Assembly: GCA_965217895.1 (NCBI GenBank)
Contig: CBDCJV010000002.1
Location: forward strand, 2,400,001-2,464,000
Direction: 5' to 3'
Length of the DNA: 64,000 nucleotides
Source: Waterburya sp.
GTDB lineage: Bacteria > Cyanobacteriota > Cyanobacteriia > Cyanobacteriales > Xenococcaceae
Shown here: piece by piece, positions 9,493 through 18,809 of the stretch
Layout: each line of letters begins with the position of its first letter
How positions within the stretch are numbered: the stretch's first letter is position 1
The notes under the pieces: generated by a model
Databases searched by the model: none
The model's input: only the letters and a program-made list of their open reading frames with translations
Told to the model about the DNA's origin: nothing
Program-made: the position numbers and the translations under genes

Positions 9493-10770
9493 TTGAGAAA
9501 ATTTGTGAAAGCTTGGAAAGTTCTCGAAAAAACCACAAAACAAAAGCTGATTAACCTATTTACAGCAGGATTGCTATTCTGGATCGGCATTACCTTATTG
9601 TTGCCGACTTTACCAACTTATATTCAAGTAATGGGCGGTACTACTCAACAGGTAGGAATAGTAATGAGTTGTTTTGCGATTGGGCTTTTGAGTTCTCGCA
9701 CTTGGTTAGGAAAAGTAGCAGATCGCCGTAGCCGAAAACTAGTGATTTTAATCGGTGCGCTAGTAGCAGCCATAGCCCCGATAGGTTATTTACTGGTTAA
9801 TTCTATAGTTGGTTTAGCAGAAGTTAGGGCTTTTCACGGCATCAGTATCGCCGCTTTTACCATTGGCTATAGTGCTTTGGTAGTAGATTTAGCACCGCTG
9901 CAATATCGAGGAACGTTGATTGGCTATATGAATTTGGTTGTGCCGATTGGAATGTCTGTCGGACCAGCTATGGGGGGATTTTTACAGGCTAGTGGCAAAC
10001 TATTTGTTCGAGATGGTACGGGCTACGAAGTTGTATTTGTAAGCTCAATAATCTGCGGTATTTTAGCTTTTTTATTGGCTAGTCAAATTAAAGAATCAGC
10101 ACTACCAGAAGCAGAATCTCTACAAAAGTTGAGTAACAGTAGGCGAAGTTTTTGGCAGTTAACCAAAGATCCTGGTTTAATTGTGCCAACTATTATTTTA
10201 CTGCTGGTAGGTTTAGTTTTTGGGAGTTTAGTTGCTTTTTTGCCTTTGTATATCAAGGAGCTACAGCTAGATTTTAACGTAGGATTATTCTATACAGCAA
10301 CTGCGATCGCCTCATTTTCAGTCCGACTATTTATTGGTCAAGCAAGCGATCGCTATGGTCGAGGCTTATTTATCAGTGGCGCGCTTGTTTGCTATATTGT
10401 TTCGATGGTGTTGTTGACCCTAGCACGGACTCCCGTCATGTTTCTATTTGCGGCGATCGCCGAAGGAGCAGGAGCAGGAATACTGATTCCTTTGGTTTTA
10501 GCTTTAATTGCCGATCGCTCCTATGCCCAAGAAAGAGGACAGGTTTTTGCCTTGTGTATGGGGGGATTTGACTTAGGAATTGCTCTAGGTGGCTTTACTC
10601 TTGGTTCCTTATCTTTTATCTTGGGAGGTTATCAAGGCATCTTTGCCCTAGCTGCTGTTCTTGCCTTAGTTGCCTTGGTCGTTTTTGTGACCCAAGCAGG
10701 TAAAAACCTCCGTCATTCTCTTTACTTTGCTCTGGGAAAAGCTCAGGATGTTTATGCCCTAAATAAATAG
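9493..10770 (+). CDS. MFS transporter
   Basis: About 12 hydrophobic segments; GKVADRRSRK and GQASDRYGR loop motifs. Confidence 0.9.
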   Translation: MRKFVKAWKVLEKTTKQKLINLFTAGLLFWIGITLLLPTLPTYIQVMGGTTQQVGIVMSCFAIGLLSSRTWLGKVADRRSRKLVILIGALVAAIAPIGYLLVNSIVGLAEVRAFHGISIAAFTIGYSALVVDLAPLQYRGTLIGYMNLVVPIGMSVGPAMGGFLQASGKLFVRDGTGYEVVFVSSIICGILAFLLASQIKESALPEAESLQKLSNSRRSFWQLTKDPGLIVPTIILLLVGLVFGSLVAFLPLYIKELQLDFNVGLFYTATAIASFSVRLFIGQASDRYGRGLFISGALVCYIVSMVLLTLARTPVMFLFAAIAEGAGAGILIPLVLALIADRSYAQERGQVFALCMGGFDLGIALGGFTLGSLSFILGGYQGIFALAAVLALVALVVFVTQAGKNLRHSLYFALGKAQDVYALNK

Positions 10771-10866
10771 TTGAACAAAATTGAATTTAACGTTGATGCT
10801 CAAAGTCAGAGGTCAGAGGTCAGAGGTCAGTAATAATTAGCTGTAGTTGCTTCTGTCCATGTACTT
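10764..10866 (-). mobile_element. MITE with TAAGTA-type ends, 'empty' copy containing TCAGAGG heptamers
   Basis: Reverse complement aligns with 13466-13643 at both ends. Confidence 0.75.
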
Positions 10867-10873
10867 CAGCCCG

Positions 10874-11170
10874 TTATTCTTGTTCTAAAGAATTAGACTG
10901 TACTGACCCCAACTGTTGTCTAACATCATCAATTGCCAAATTCAATTGAGCAATTTTGTCTTCTAAACCATGACGAGCTAGTTCAATACTCTCTTCACTA
11001 TCAAAAGATGTTGCTTTACCACTGCGTAAAATTGTCTTATCTTGTTCTACAATTTGTTTCTCGCTGCGATTTGCCAGTGCTGTCCCCAGCAGTCCGCCAA
11101 CAACACCGCCAATAATTGAACCGAAAATAAATCCACTGCCAAAACCATTCTGCTGACTCATAGTAATCAA
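10874..11170 (-). CDS. Conserved cyanobacterial small protein (Gly-rich helix plus coiled coil)
   Basis: GFGSGFIFGSIIGGVVGG; LEDKIAQLN; ATG at 11161 is the likelier start. Confidence 0.75.
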   Translation of the reverse strand: MITMSQQNGFGSGFIFGSIIGGVVGGLLGTALANRSEKQIVEQDKTILRSGKATSFDSEESIELARHGLEDKIAQLNLAIDDVRQQLGSVQSNSLEQE

Positions 11171-11204
11171 ACTACTTAATACTGTTTATTTGAAGTTTGG
11201 TAAT

Positions 11205-11855
11205 TTAAGTGCCAAAAGCGCGATCGCCTGCATCCCCTAGACCAGGAACTATATATCCTTTGCTGTTTAATCCTTCATCGATAGTAGCCGTGTAAATTTC
11301 TAGTCCAGGATAATTTTCGCTCAACTGTCTAAGAGCAGGAGGAGCAGCAACCACGGAGACAATCCGAATAAACTCAGGTTCGACACCTCGACTAACAATC
11401 TCCTTCATTGCCATCATAATCGATCCTCCCGTGGCTAGCATCGGTTCAAGAATGACGATTCTTGCTTGGGGGTTAAAGCGATCGGGTAATTTGTTTAAAT
11501 AACACTCAGGTTCGAGAGTTGATTCATTGCGCACCAAACCTAAATGATAAATCCCTGCCAAAGGCAGAATTTGTTGCACTCCATCTAACAATACCAAACC
11601 TGCTCGTAGAATTGGTACTATTCCCACGGGCATCTCAGGGTTAATAAATGTGGCAGAGCATTCTTTTAAGGGGGTTTGGACTACTGTATCTAAAGTAGGC
11701 AGCCAATTCCTAGTCGCTTCATAGGTCAACCATCGTCCTAATTCCGTCATTGCACTTTTGAACAGCACAGAAGGCGTATTAGCGTCTCGTGCAACCGCCA
11801 GCCAATGTTTAATCAAAGGGTGTTCTGGAACATAAACTCGCAGTTGTAAAGTCAT
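11205..11855 (-). CDS. upp: Uracil phosphoribosyltransferase
   Basis: VPILRAG, PMLATGGS, GYIVPGLGDAGDR. Confidence 0.96.
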   Translation of the reverse strand: MTLQLRVYVPEHPLIKHWLAVARDANTPSVLFKSAMTELGRWLTYEATRNWLPTLDTVVQTPLKECSATFINPEMPVGIVPILRAGLVLLDGVQQILPLAGIYHLGLVRNESTLEPECYLNKLPDRFNPQARIVILEPMLATGGSIMMAMKEIVSRGVEPEFIRIVSVVAAPPALRQLSENYPGLEIYTATIDEGLNSKGYIVPGLGDAGDRAFGT

Positions 11856-11983
11856 ATTGGCAAAATATTCTGTGCTGAGAAACGTTGAACTTACAGCCAG
11901 ATTAGCATTTCATAGCCATTCTACAAACCTGCGTCAGCTTTTAAATTTAATTCTGCCTAATATTTTACTGGTAAAAATACCAA

Positions 11984-12196
11984 TTAAATCGATCTACATC
12001 TTTGATCGATCCAAAGTTTAGCTTTACGAATAGCATCTATGCTGCTCATAGCAAAAGGTACAGCTACAGCACAGCCTTGTTCATGATTGACCCATGCTGC
12101 ATAGATACAGTGTCCATCTAATTCGTCACGGTCTATTTCTACTTTGCAGCCACGATAAGCAAAAGAGAGAATAATATGAGGATAATTAGGCTTCAT
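11984..12196 (-). CDS. Small conserved hypothetical protein
   Basis: 70-aa ORF with ATG start; IYAAW..H..G.AVAVP pattern. Confidence 0.6.
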   Translation of the reverse strand: MKPNYPHIILSFAYRGCKVEIDRDELDGHCIYAAWVNHEQGCAVAVPFAMSSIDAIRKAKLWIDQRCRSI

Positions 12197-12448
12197 TATG
12201 GTTGTTCAAAAAACAAAATTGACAGTATCGAATCAAATGATTGTTGATAGGTAAACTATTTACACGCTCGAATTAGCGACTCGTCTAAGTTTTACTGGTT
12301 TTGTTTCTCGCTTCAACAATTTCCCAAACTTCGTGCCATCTATTAATAATTATGCGCTTCATTTTGTTTGATTGCCATTGAGGAATACCACGGGTTTGAG
12401 AGTTTTTGAATTTAGTCATGATACTTATTTGTTAAATATGAATCAAAT

Positions 12449-12485
12449 GAGCGGATATAGAGTTAAATGTCTGAAATATCCGCTC
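12449..12485 (-). terminator. Stem-loop downstream of sodB
   Basis: GAGCGGATAT / ATATCCGCTC 10-bp inverted repeat. Confidence 0.55.
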
Positions 12486-12501
12486 TTGTTTTAATTTCTA
12501 C

Positions 12502-13101
12502 TTAAACAGCAGCCAAATTTTGAGCCACAAAATCCCAATTGACTAATTTTCCGAGAAAATCATCGATATAAGCAGGACGTTTATTTTGATAATCGAGATA
12601 GTAGGCGTGTTCCCAAACATCCATAGTTAGTAGAGGAACTTGTTCGCTGGTTAAGGGATTATCAGCATTCAGAGTTTTAGTAACTTTGAGTGTATCGCCG
12701 TCTAAAACTAGCCACGCCCAACCACTGCCAAACTGAGTTGCACCTGCGTTTTTAAAAGCTTCGACAAATTTGTCAAAACTACCAAAGTCAGCCTCAATTT
12801 TCTGAGCTAATTCTCCTGTAGGAGTACCACCGCCATCGGGTTTCATACATTGCCAATAAAAAGTATGATTCCAAGCTTGGGCAGCATTATTAAATAGTCC
12901 AGCTTTGTTAGCATCTTGGGCGATCGCTTTGATGACCTCTTCAATAGATTGGCTATCTAATTCTGTTCCTTTTACTGCGTCATTATATTTACTAACGTAG
13001 GCAGCGTGATGCTTGTCGTGATGGAATTCTAAGGTGTCTTGAGAAATAGATGGTTCTAAAGCCTTGTAATCGTAAGGAAGAGATGGTAATTCGTAAGCCA
13101 T
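12502..13101 (-). CDS. sodB: Fe superoxide dismutase
   Basis: HHDKHH, FNNAAQAWNH (Fe-type), FGSGWAWL, DVWEHAYY. Confidence 0.95.
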   Translation of the reverse strand: MAYELPSLPYDYKALEPSISQDTLEFHHDKHHAAYVSKYNDAVKGTELDSQSIEEVIKAIAQDANKAGLFNNAAQAWNHTFYWQCMKPDGGGTPTGELAQKIEADFGSFDKFVEAFKNAGATQFGSGWAWLVLDGDTLKVTKTLNADNPLTSEQVPLLTMDVWEHAYYLDYQNKRPAYIDDFLGKLVNWDFVAQNLAAV

Positions 13102-13333
13102 TTTTGTTTGTTCTCCTCTCGCTATAAAAAATTGCGTTAGTCAAATATCTGGAACATTGCTTTTGTTATTAGCGTAATTTTGGCAGCAAATAACAGGTGT
13201 TAAGCCTATTTCCAGTCCTTTTGCTGATATTACCGTAGTTTTGATTAATAAAAAATGCTCATCCCCAGGAGGGGGAATCAAATGTTTTGAGGCAAGACCA
13301 ACTGAGATTAACCCTGCTGCTAAATCTTGCTGA

Positions 13334-13467
13334 TACCAAGTCGCTTTCAAAGAGACAAGATTATCTCGCGCAAAGACGCAATTCGAGCATTCCCTTGCGC
13401 CTGACGGCGACGCGGGGTCTCGAAAAAGACGCAAAGAAAAAATTACAGGTTTGAATGCAACTCGGTA
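13334..13467. mobile_element. MITE with TACC-type ends carrying a nested hairpin module
   Basis: TACCAAGTCGCTTTCAAA (13334-13351) vs TTTGAATGCAACTCGGTA (13450-13467), 15/18 inverted match. Confidence 0.7.
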
Positions 13468-13643
13468 AGTACATGGACAGAAATAACTACAGCTAATTGT
13501 TAATGAAGTAAGAAGTAAGAAGTAAAAAGTAACTGACCTCTGACCTGAAGCAAGCGATCATCAACAGCGAGACTTGCCCTTGCGCCTGAAGGCGACGCGG
13601 GCTTCCTCGCTCAACGTTGAATTTAATTTTGTCCAACTACTTA
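13466..13643 (+). mobile_element. MITE with TAAGTA-type ends, 'filled' copy
   Basis: TAAGTACATGGACAG...TTTTGTCCAACTACTTA; homologous to 10764-10866 plus inserts. Confidence 0.75.
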
Positions 13644-13789
13644 TGAACACTTTACTGAAGGCGATCGCTCGGCTACGCTTTTTTTGATCTATTTTTGATC
13701 TATATAGAATGAAAATGTTTTTTAAATGTATTGTAATTCATTTAAAATTCAACTAAAATTAAAACTCAAATAAATCAAGTCGTAAATTT

Positions 13790-14848
13790 ATGATTAAAAG
13801 CAAGCGATTTATCGGTTGGATGTTAGCAGAGCTGATCGCTAGCGGTGCGATCGCTAGTTGTTCTTCTTCCCGTGAAGCTAGTAATGGTAGCCAAGCTCAA
13901 GCACAAGAGCCAGAAGAAGCTAAGCTGACTTTAGTTTCCTACGCAGTTACTCAAAGTGCTTATGAAAAAATAATTCCTAAATTTACCCAACAGTGGAAAG
14001 CCAAAACTGGTCAAGATGTAGTGTTCGAGCAAAGTTATGGCGGTTCTGGTTCGCAAACTCGCGCTGTAATTGATGGTTTGGAAGCAGATGTTGTAGCCTT
14101 GGCATTAGCTTTAGATACCAAAAAGATTGAAGAAGCAGGATTAATCAAACCAAACTGGGAACAAGAACTACCTAATGAATCGATCGCCCATAAATCCGTA
14201 GTAGCAATAGTCAAGCGAGATGATAGCGTCAAGGTATCTAAATGGTCTGATTTAGCAAATAAAGGGATTGAAGTAATTACCGCTAATCCAAAAACCTCTG
14301 GTGGTGCGAGATGGAATTATCTGGCTCTCTGGGGTTCTATAACCCAGGCTGGGGGAAGCCAGCAAAAAGCAGAAGCCTTTACCGAAAAAATATTTGCCAA
14401 CGCTCCTGTATTACCTGAAGATGCCCGCGAATCGAGTGATGTTTTCTATCAACAGGGACAGGGTAATGTCTTAATTAATTACGAAAACGAAGTCTTACTA
14501 GCTAAACAAAAAGGCGAAACATTGCCTTACATTATTCCTACCGATTACAACATTTCAATTGATAGTCCAGTAGCGGTAGTCGATGCCAATGTGGATAAGC
14601 ACGGTACAAGAGAAGTTGCTGAGGCTTTTACTGAATTTCTTTTTACTCCTGAAGCACAACAAGAATTCGCTCAAGCTGGCTTTCGTCCGATCGAAACAAC
14701 TGTCAACAAAGAATTTACCAAACAATATCCCGCAATCAACAAACTATTTACCGTCAAGGATTTAGGTGGTTGGGACAAAATCCAGGGGCAATTTTTTGAT
14801 GATGGTGCAGAGTTCGACAAAATGATGACCAAAATCAATCAAAAATAG
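13790..14848 (+). CDS. sbp: Sulfate ABC transporter substrate-binding protein
   Basis: QSYGGSGSQTRAVIDGL, NPKTSGGARWN, NYENE. Confidence 0.93.
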   Translation: MIKSKRFIGWMLAELIASGAIASCSSSREASNGSQAQAQEPEEAKLTLVSYAVTQSAYEKIIPKFTQQWKAKTGQDVVFEQSYGGSGSQTRAVIDGLEADVVALALALDTKKIEEAGLIKPNWEQELPNESIAHKSVVAIVKRDDSVKVSKWSDLANKGIEVITANPKTSGGARWNYLALWGSITQAGGSQQKAEAFTEKIFANAPVLPEDARESSDVFYQQGQGNVLINYENEVLLAKQKGETLPYIIPTDYNISIDSPVAVVDANVDKHGTREVAEAFTEFLFTPEAQQEFAQAGFRPIETTVNKEFTKQYPAINKLFTVKDLGGWDKIQGQFFDDGAEFDKMMTKINQK

Positions 14849-14896
14849 TTTTAAGCATCAATTAATTCTACTTAGCAAAAATATTCAGGTGCAATT

Positions 14897-15184
14897 ATGA
14901 AAAACCAAAAATCGAATCTACAACAATACTGTGAAAATCTTGACTCTTTGAGGGTCAAATTGGCTCTTAAAATTCCCAAGCATAATTTTTCTGAGTTGAT
15001 GCTATGGAATATAGCTCAGGTCACAATGGTAGATTTACAAATTATTTCCAAGTTACCAGGAATCAATAGCGATCGCTTTGACTGGTATTTGGTAGAAGTT
15101 TTAGGAACATTTGACGATTTGTTTTTGACAATTAATTGCTGGGAGGAACTGGGAGTCGAAAAATGTTTGCCAATTTTATCTTGA
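14897..15184 (+). CDS. NIL-domain-like small protein in sulfate operon (divergent)
   Basis: Position between sbp and cysT; size and ending W.EELGVE resemble NIL proteins. Confidence 0.5.
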   Translation: MKNQKSNLQQYCENLDSLRVKLALKIPKHNFSELMLWNIAQVTMVDLQIISKLPGINSDRFDWYLVEVLGTFDDLFLTINCWEELGVEKCLPILS

Positions 15185-15205
15185 TAGTTGCGTAGGTACA
15201 TAATT

Positions 15206-16060
15206 ATGAATAGTCTTCAATTCAACCAGTTATTAACGCGCCACCATAAGCAAATCAACTCCAAGAAAATCTCGCTTCCTTGGGTAATGACCGTCGGCTA
15301 TTTGAGCTTAATTCTAATCTTGCCCTTAGCAGCTTTAATTACCAAGTCTCTAAGTATTGGCACGGTTGAATTTTGGCAAACTGCCACCGATCCTGTCGCC
15401 CTGTCTGCTTATGAAGTAACCTTTGTCACGGCATTAGCTGCGGGGATAATTAACGGCATTATGGGAACTCTGGTTGCTTGGATTTTAGTCCGCTATCAAT
15501 TTCCTGGCAAAAAAATTGTCGATGGCGCGATCGATATTCCCTTTGCCTTACCTACTTCTGTAGCTGGTTTAGTTCTAGCGACTATCTATAGCAATCATGG
15601 CTGGATTGGACAATTCTTTGCACCCTTCGGCATCAAAATTGCTTTCACTAGACTGGGGGTGTTTGTGGCAATGCTGTTTATTTCTTTACCTTTTATTGTC
15701 CGCACTTTACAGCCAGTCTTACTCGAACTCGAACCAGAAATCGAACAGGCAGCTTGGTCTTTAGGTGCGTCGGACTCTCAAACCTTTTGGCGAGTTATAT
15801 TACCGCCATTAATTCCCCCAATTTTAACAGGGGTGGCTTTAGGTTTTTCGCGGGCGGTAGGAGAATACGGTTCGGTAGTTATGGTGGCATCGAGCATTCC
15901 TTTTAAAGATTTAATTGCGCCTGTTCTAGTGTTCCAAAAATTAGAACAGTATGATTACGTTGGGGCTACGGTAATTGGTACAGTGCTGCTGTTGGTTTCT
16001 TTAATACTCTTGTTGCTCATCAATCTTTTACAGCAGTGGAGTCGTCGCTATGCTCGCTAA
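15206..16060 (+). CDS. cysT: Sulfate ABC transporter permease
   Basis: DIPFALPTSVAG, EQAAWSLGA, RAVGEYGSV. Confidence 0.93.
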   Translation: MNSLQFNQLLTRHHKQINSKKISLPWVMTVGYLSLILILPLAALITKSLSIGTVEFWQTATDPVALSAYEVTFVTALAAGIINGIMGTLVAWILVRYQFPGKKIVDGAIDIPFALPTSVAGLVLATIYSNHGWIGQFFAPFGIKIAFTRLGVFVAMLFISLPFIVRTLQPVLLELEPEIEQAAWSLGASDSQTFWRVILPPLIPPILTGVALGFSRAVGEYGSVVMVASSIPFKDLIAPVLVFQKLEQYDYVGATVIGTVLLLVSLILLLLINLLQQWSRRYAR

Positions 16061-16853
16061 ACCTAAATTATCAGCAGTACTTTTACCGATCGCCTTAATC
16101 TATCTATCGCTATTGTTACTAATACCAGCGATCGCCATCTTCTATGAAGCTTTTCATCAGGGCATCAATGTCTTTTTAACCTCGGTCAATCAACGAGACT
16201 TTTGGCAAGCTACGATTTTAACTTTAATTGTTACCGCGATCGCCGTTCCCATTAATACGCTCTTTGGTCTTTGTGCTGCTTGGGTAATCGGTCGCAATCA
16301 GTTTCGCGGTCGTACTTTATTACTCAGTATTATCGACCTTCCCTTCTCAATTTCTCCCGTTGTCGCAGGCTTAACTATCGTTCTGCTTTATGGCAAAAAT
16401 GGCTGGCTGGGCAATTTACTGGAAAGCTCAAACATTAAGATTTTGTTTGCTATCCCAGGAATTGTTTTGGCGACTGCCTTTGTTACTTTACCTTTTGTTG
16501 CCCGCGAAGTCATTCCTATTTTAGAAGAAATCGGCGAAGAACAAGAAACTGCTGCCCGTACTTTGGGTGCGAGTGATTGGCAGGTTTTTTCCCGCGTTAC
16601 TCTACCTAATATTCGCTGGGGCTTGCTTTATGGTATTTTACTGACCAACGCTAGAGCCATGGGTGAATTTGGGGCGGTATCGGTAGTATCTGGCAGTATT
16701 TTGGGTAAAACAGCTACTTTATCGATTTTTGTCGAACAGGCTTATAAAAACTATCAGGCAGAATCTGCTTTTGGTGCAGCAGCTATTTTGGCTTCACTCG
16801 GCGTATTAACTTTGATTTTCAAAGAAATACTCGAAACAAAAACCCATCATTAA
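16050..16853 (+). CDS. cysW: Sulfate ABC transporter permease
   Basis: DLPFSISPVVAG, PFVAREVIP, NARAMGEFGAV. Confidence 0.93.
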   Translation: MLAKPKLSAVLLPIALIYLSLLLLIPAIAIFYEAFHQGINVFLTSVNQRDFWQATILTLIVTAIAVPINTLFGLCAAWVIGRNQFRGRTLLLSIIDLPFSISPVVAGLTIVLLYGKNGWLGNLLESSNIKILFAIPGIVLATAFVTLPFVAREVIPILEEIGEEQETAARTLGASDWQVFSRVTLPNIRWGLLYGILLTNARAMGEFGAVSVVSGSILGKTATLSIFVEQAYKNYQAESAFGAAAILASLGVLTLIFKEILETKTHH

Positions 16854-16926
16854 AAAGCTAATAGCTAATAGCTAACAGCTACGAATAATCTAACTATCAA
16901 TTTAGACCTTAAATCAACAACGTCTC

Positions 16927-17973
16927 ATGAGCATTACAATCTCTCAGGTATCCAAGAAATTTGGTAACTTTCAAGCTTTAAATAACATCGATTTAAACGT
17001 TGAACCTGGAATCTTAGTCGCTTTACTCGGTCCTTCAGGTTCGGGCAAATCTACTTTACTCCGAACGATCGCTGGTTTGGAAACTCCCGATCGCGGTAAG
17101 GTTCAGATTGGCGATCGCGATACCACTCATCTTGATATTAGAAAGCGCAATATCGGTTTTGTCTTTCAACACTATGCTTTATTTAAACATCTAACAGTCA
17201 GACAAAATATTTCTTTTGGGCTAGATATCCGTAAAAAACCTCGTAAAGTTATTAAACAGAGAGTCAACGAACTATTAGAACTAATCCAGCTTCAAGGTTT
17301 TGGCGATCGCTATCCCAGTCAGCTTTCTGGTGGGCAAAGACAGCGTGTGGCACTTGCCCGTGCTTTAGCAGTCCAGCCAGAAGTGTTACTCCTCGACGAA
17401 CCTTTTGGGGCATTAGATGCCAAAGTTAGACAAGAATTACGTAACTGGTTGCGCCGTCTCCATGATGAGGTACATCTTACCAGTATTTTTGTCACTCACG
17501 ATCGCGAAGAAGCAATGGCTGTAGCCGACAAAATTGTGGTTATGAACCAAGGTAGAATCGAACAAATTGGCACCCCAGCAGAAGTATACGAGCATCCAAT
17601 CAATCCTTTTGTGATGGGCTTTGTGGGTGAAGTTAACGTTTTGACTCCCACTAGTCCGATTTTAAGTAATACTTATCAGTCTGGCTCTAACTCACGCTTT
17701 TTCATTCGCCCTCATGATTTTGAAGTCTGGTCAACGCCTCAAAAAAATACTGTTCCTGCAAAAGTTCAACGAATTGTTCATTTGGGCTGGGAAATCCAAT
17801 TAGAGTTAATTCTACTTGATAATTCTTTAGTTACCGTTCATTTGAATCGAGAAAAATTTGCTCGGCTTAACTTACAAGCAGAACAAAAAGTTTATCTTCA
17901 ATCGCTTCAGGTCAAATCTTTTGAGCAATATGAACCAAACTTTCACTCTCCCCAACCAGCAACCGTCAGTTAG
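16927..17973 (+). CDS. cysA: Sulfate ABC transporter ATP-binding protein
   Basis: [39 protein letters not shown]-like tail. Confidence 0.94.
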   Translation: MSITISQVSKKFGNFQALNNIDLNVEPGILVALLGPSGSGKSTLLRTIAGLETPDRGKVQIGDRDTTHLDIRKRNIGFVFQHYALFKHLTVRQNISFGLDIRKKPRKVIKQRVNELLELIQLQGFGDRYPSQLSGGQRQRVALARALAVQPEVLLLDEPFGALDAKVRQELRNWLRRLHDEVHLTSIFVTHDREEAMAVADKIVVMNQGRIEQIGTPAEVYEHPINPFVMGFVGEVNVLTPTSPILSNTYQSGSNSRFFIRPHDFEVWSTPQKNTVPAKVQRIVHLGWEIQLELILLDNSLVTVHLNREKFARLNLQAEQKVYLQSLQVKSFEQYEPNFHSPQPATVS

Positions 17974-18020
17974 TGGTTTAACTTGGCTTTTGGATGTCAA
18001 AGGTGAAATGTAGCAAACCT

Positions 18021-18443
18021 ATGAATATCAAAACAGAAAAAAACCCAGAAAATTTAGCTCAATTGAAACGGAGAAATTCTTCCCGTATTAGAGATCATTT
18101 AGCAAACGAGCGACTTATCTAGCATGGATGCGGACAGCAATCTCTTTGATGGGTTTTGGTGTCGTCATCGTACGTTTGCGCTTTTTTAGACCACCGATAA
18201 CTACTACTCCTGGTAATGGCTGGAAGTTAGGATTAATCTTTTCTTTGGTAGGACTCTCAACAGTACTGCTCTCAACTTATCATTATTTTGCTGTACGTCA
18301 TGATATAGATGAAGATACATACGAACCCGCCCGATCGCTGGGTATTAGTTTTTAGCTTGACCATAGCACTTCTGGGCGCAGGCATTATTTATTATGTTTT
18401 TACTCTGCCTCTCAATCCAATTAATACTCTTATTTTTGAATAA
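18021..18443 (+). pseudogene. YidH/DUF202 membrane protein with two frameshifts
   Basis: RDHLANER | TYLAWMRTAI...YEPA | DRWVLVFSL reassembles across frame changes near 18112 and 18331. Confidence 0.8.
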
Positions 18444-18499
18444 AAGCTGAAATAAATTACCCAAAAAAACATGATTAATAAAAAAGTAGGGGAACTAAG

Positions 18500-18661
18500 A
18501 TGAATCAATGTTTGTGCTGCCGAGATCGCTTGATTAAACATTTAAATCAGACAAGAATGTATTGGTTTTGTCCTTCCTGTTATCAAGAAATGCCAAATGT
18601 CGACGTAATTGCAACAGAATATCCGCAAAAAGTCAGGAAGCAATTGATAGCTCAAAAATAA
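18500..18661 (+). CDS. Small Cys-rich zinc-ribbon-like protein (53 aa; not in ORF track)
   Basis: MNQCLCCRDRLIKH...YWFCPSCYQEMP; purine-rich AGGGGA upstream. Confidence 0.7.
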   Translation: MNQCLCCRDRLIKHLNQTRMYWFCPSCYQEMPNVDVIATEYPQKVRKQLIAQK

Positions 18662-18809
18662 TGCGTTCAAATTGGCTAATTAGCGTAAGAATTTACGCAC
18701 TCCTAGAGTAGAGATAATATAAAAGTAAAGCCAAGGCAAAAAATTGTGCTTTAACAACACAATTTTTTGTCTTGGCAACTTATACAGATCATCATAAAAA
18801 CCTAGTAGA

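Noticed and set aside
16855..16882. Isolated heptamer runs (AGCTAAT; similar near 41091, 42474, 49570)
   Set aside because: Ordinary short tandem repeats without associated structure
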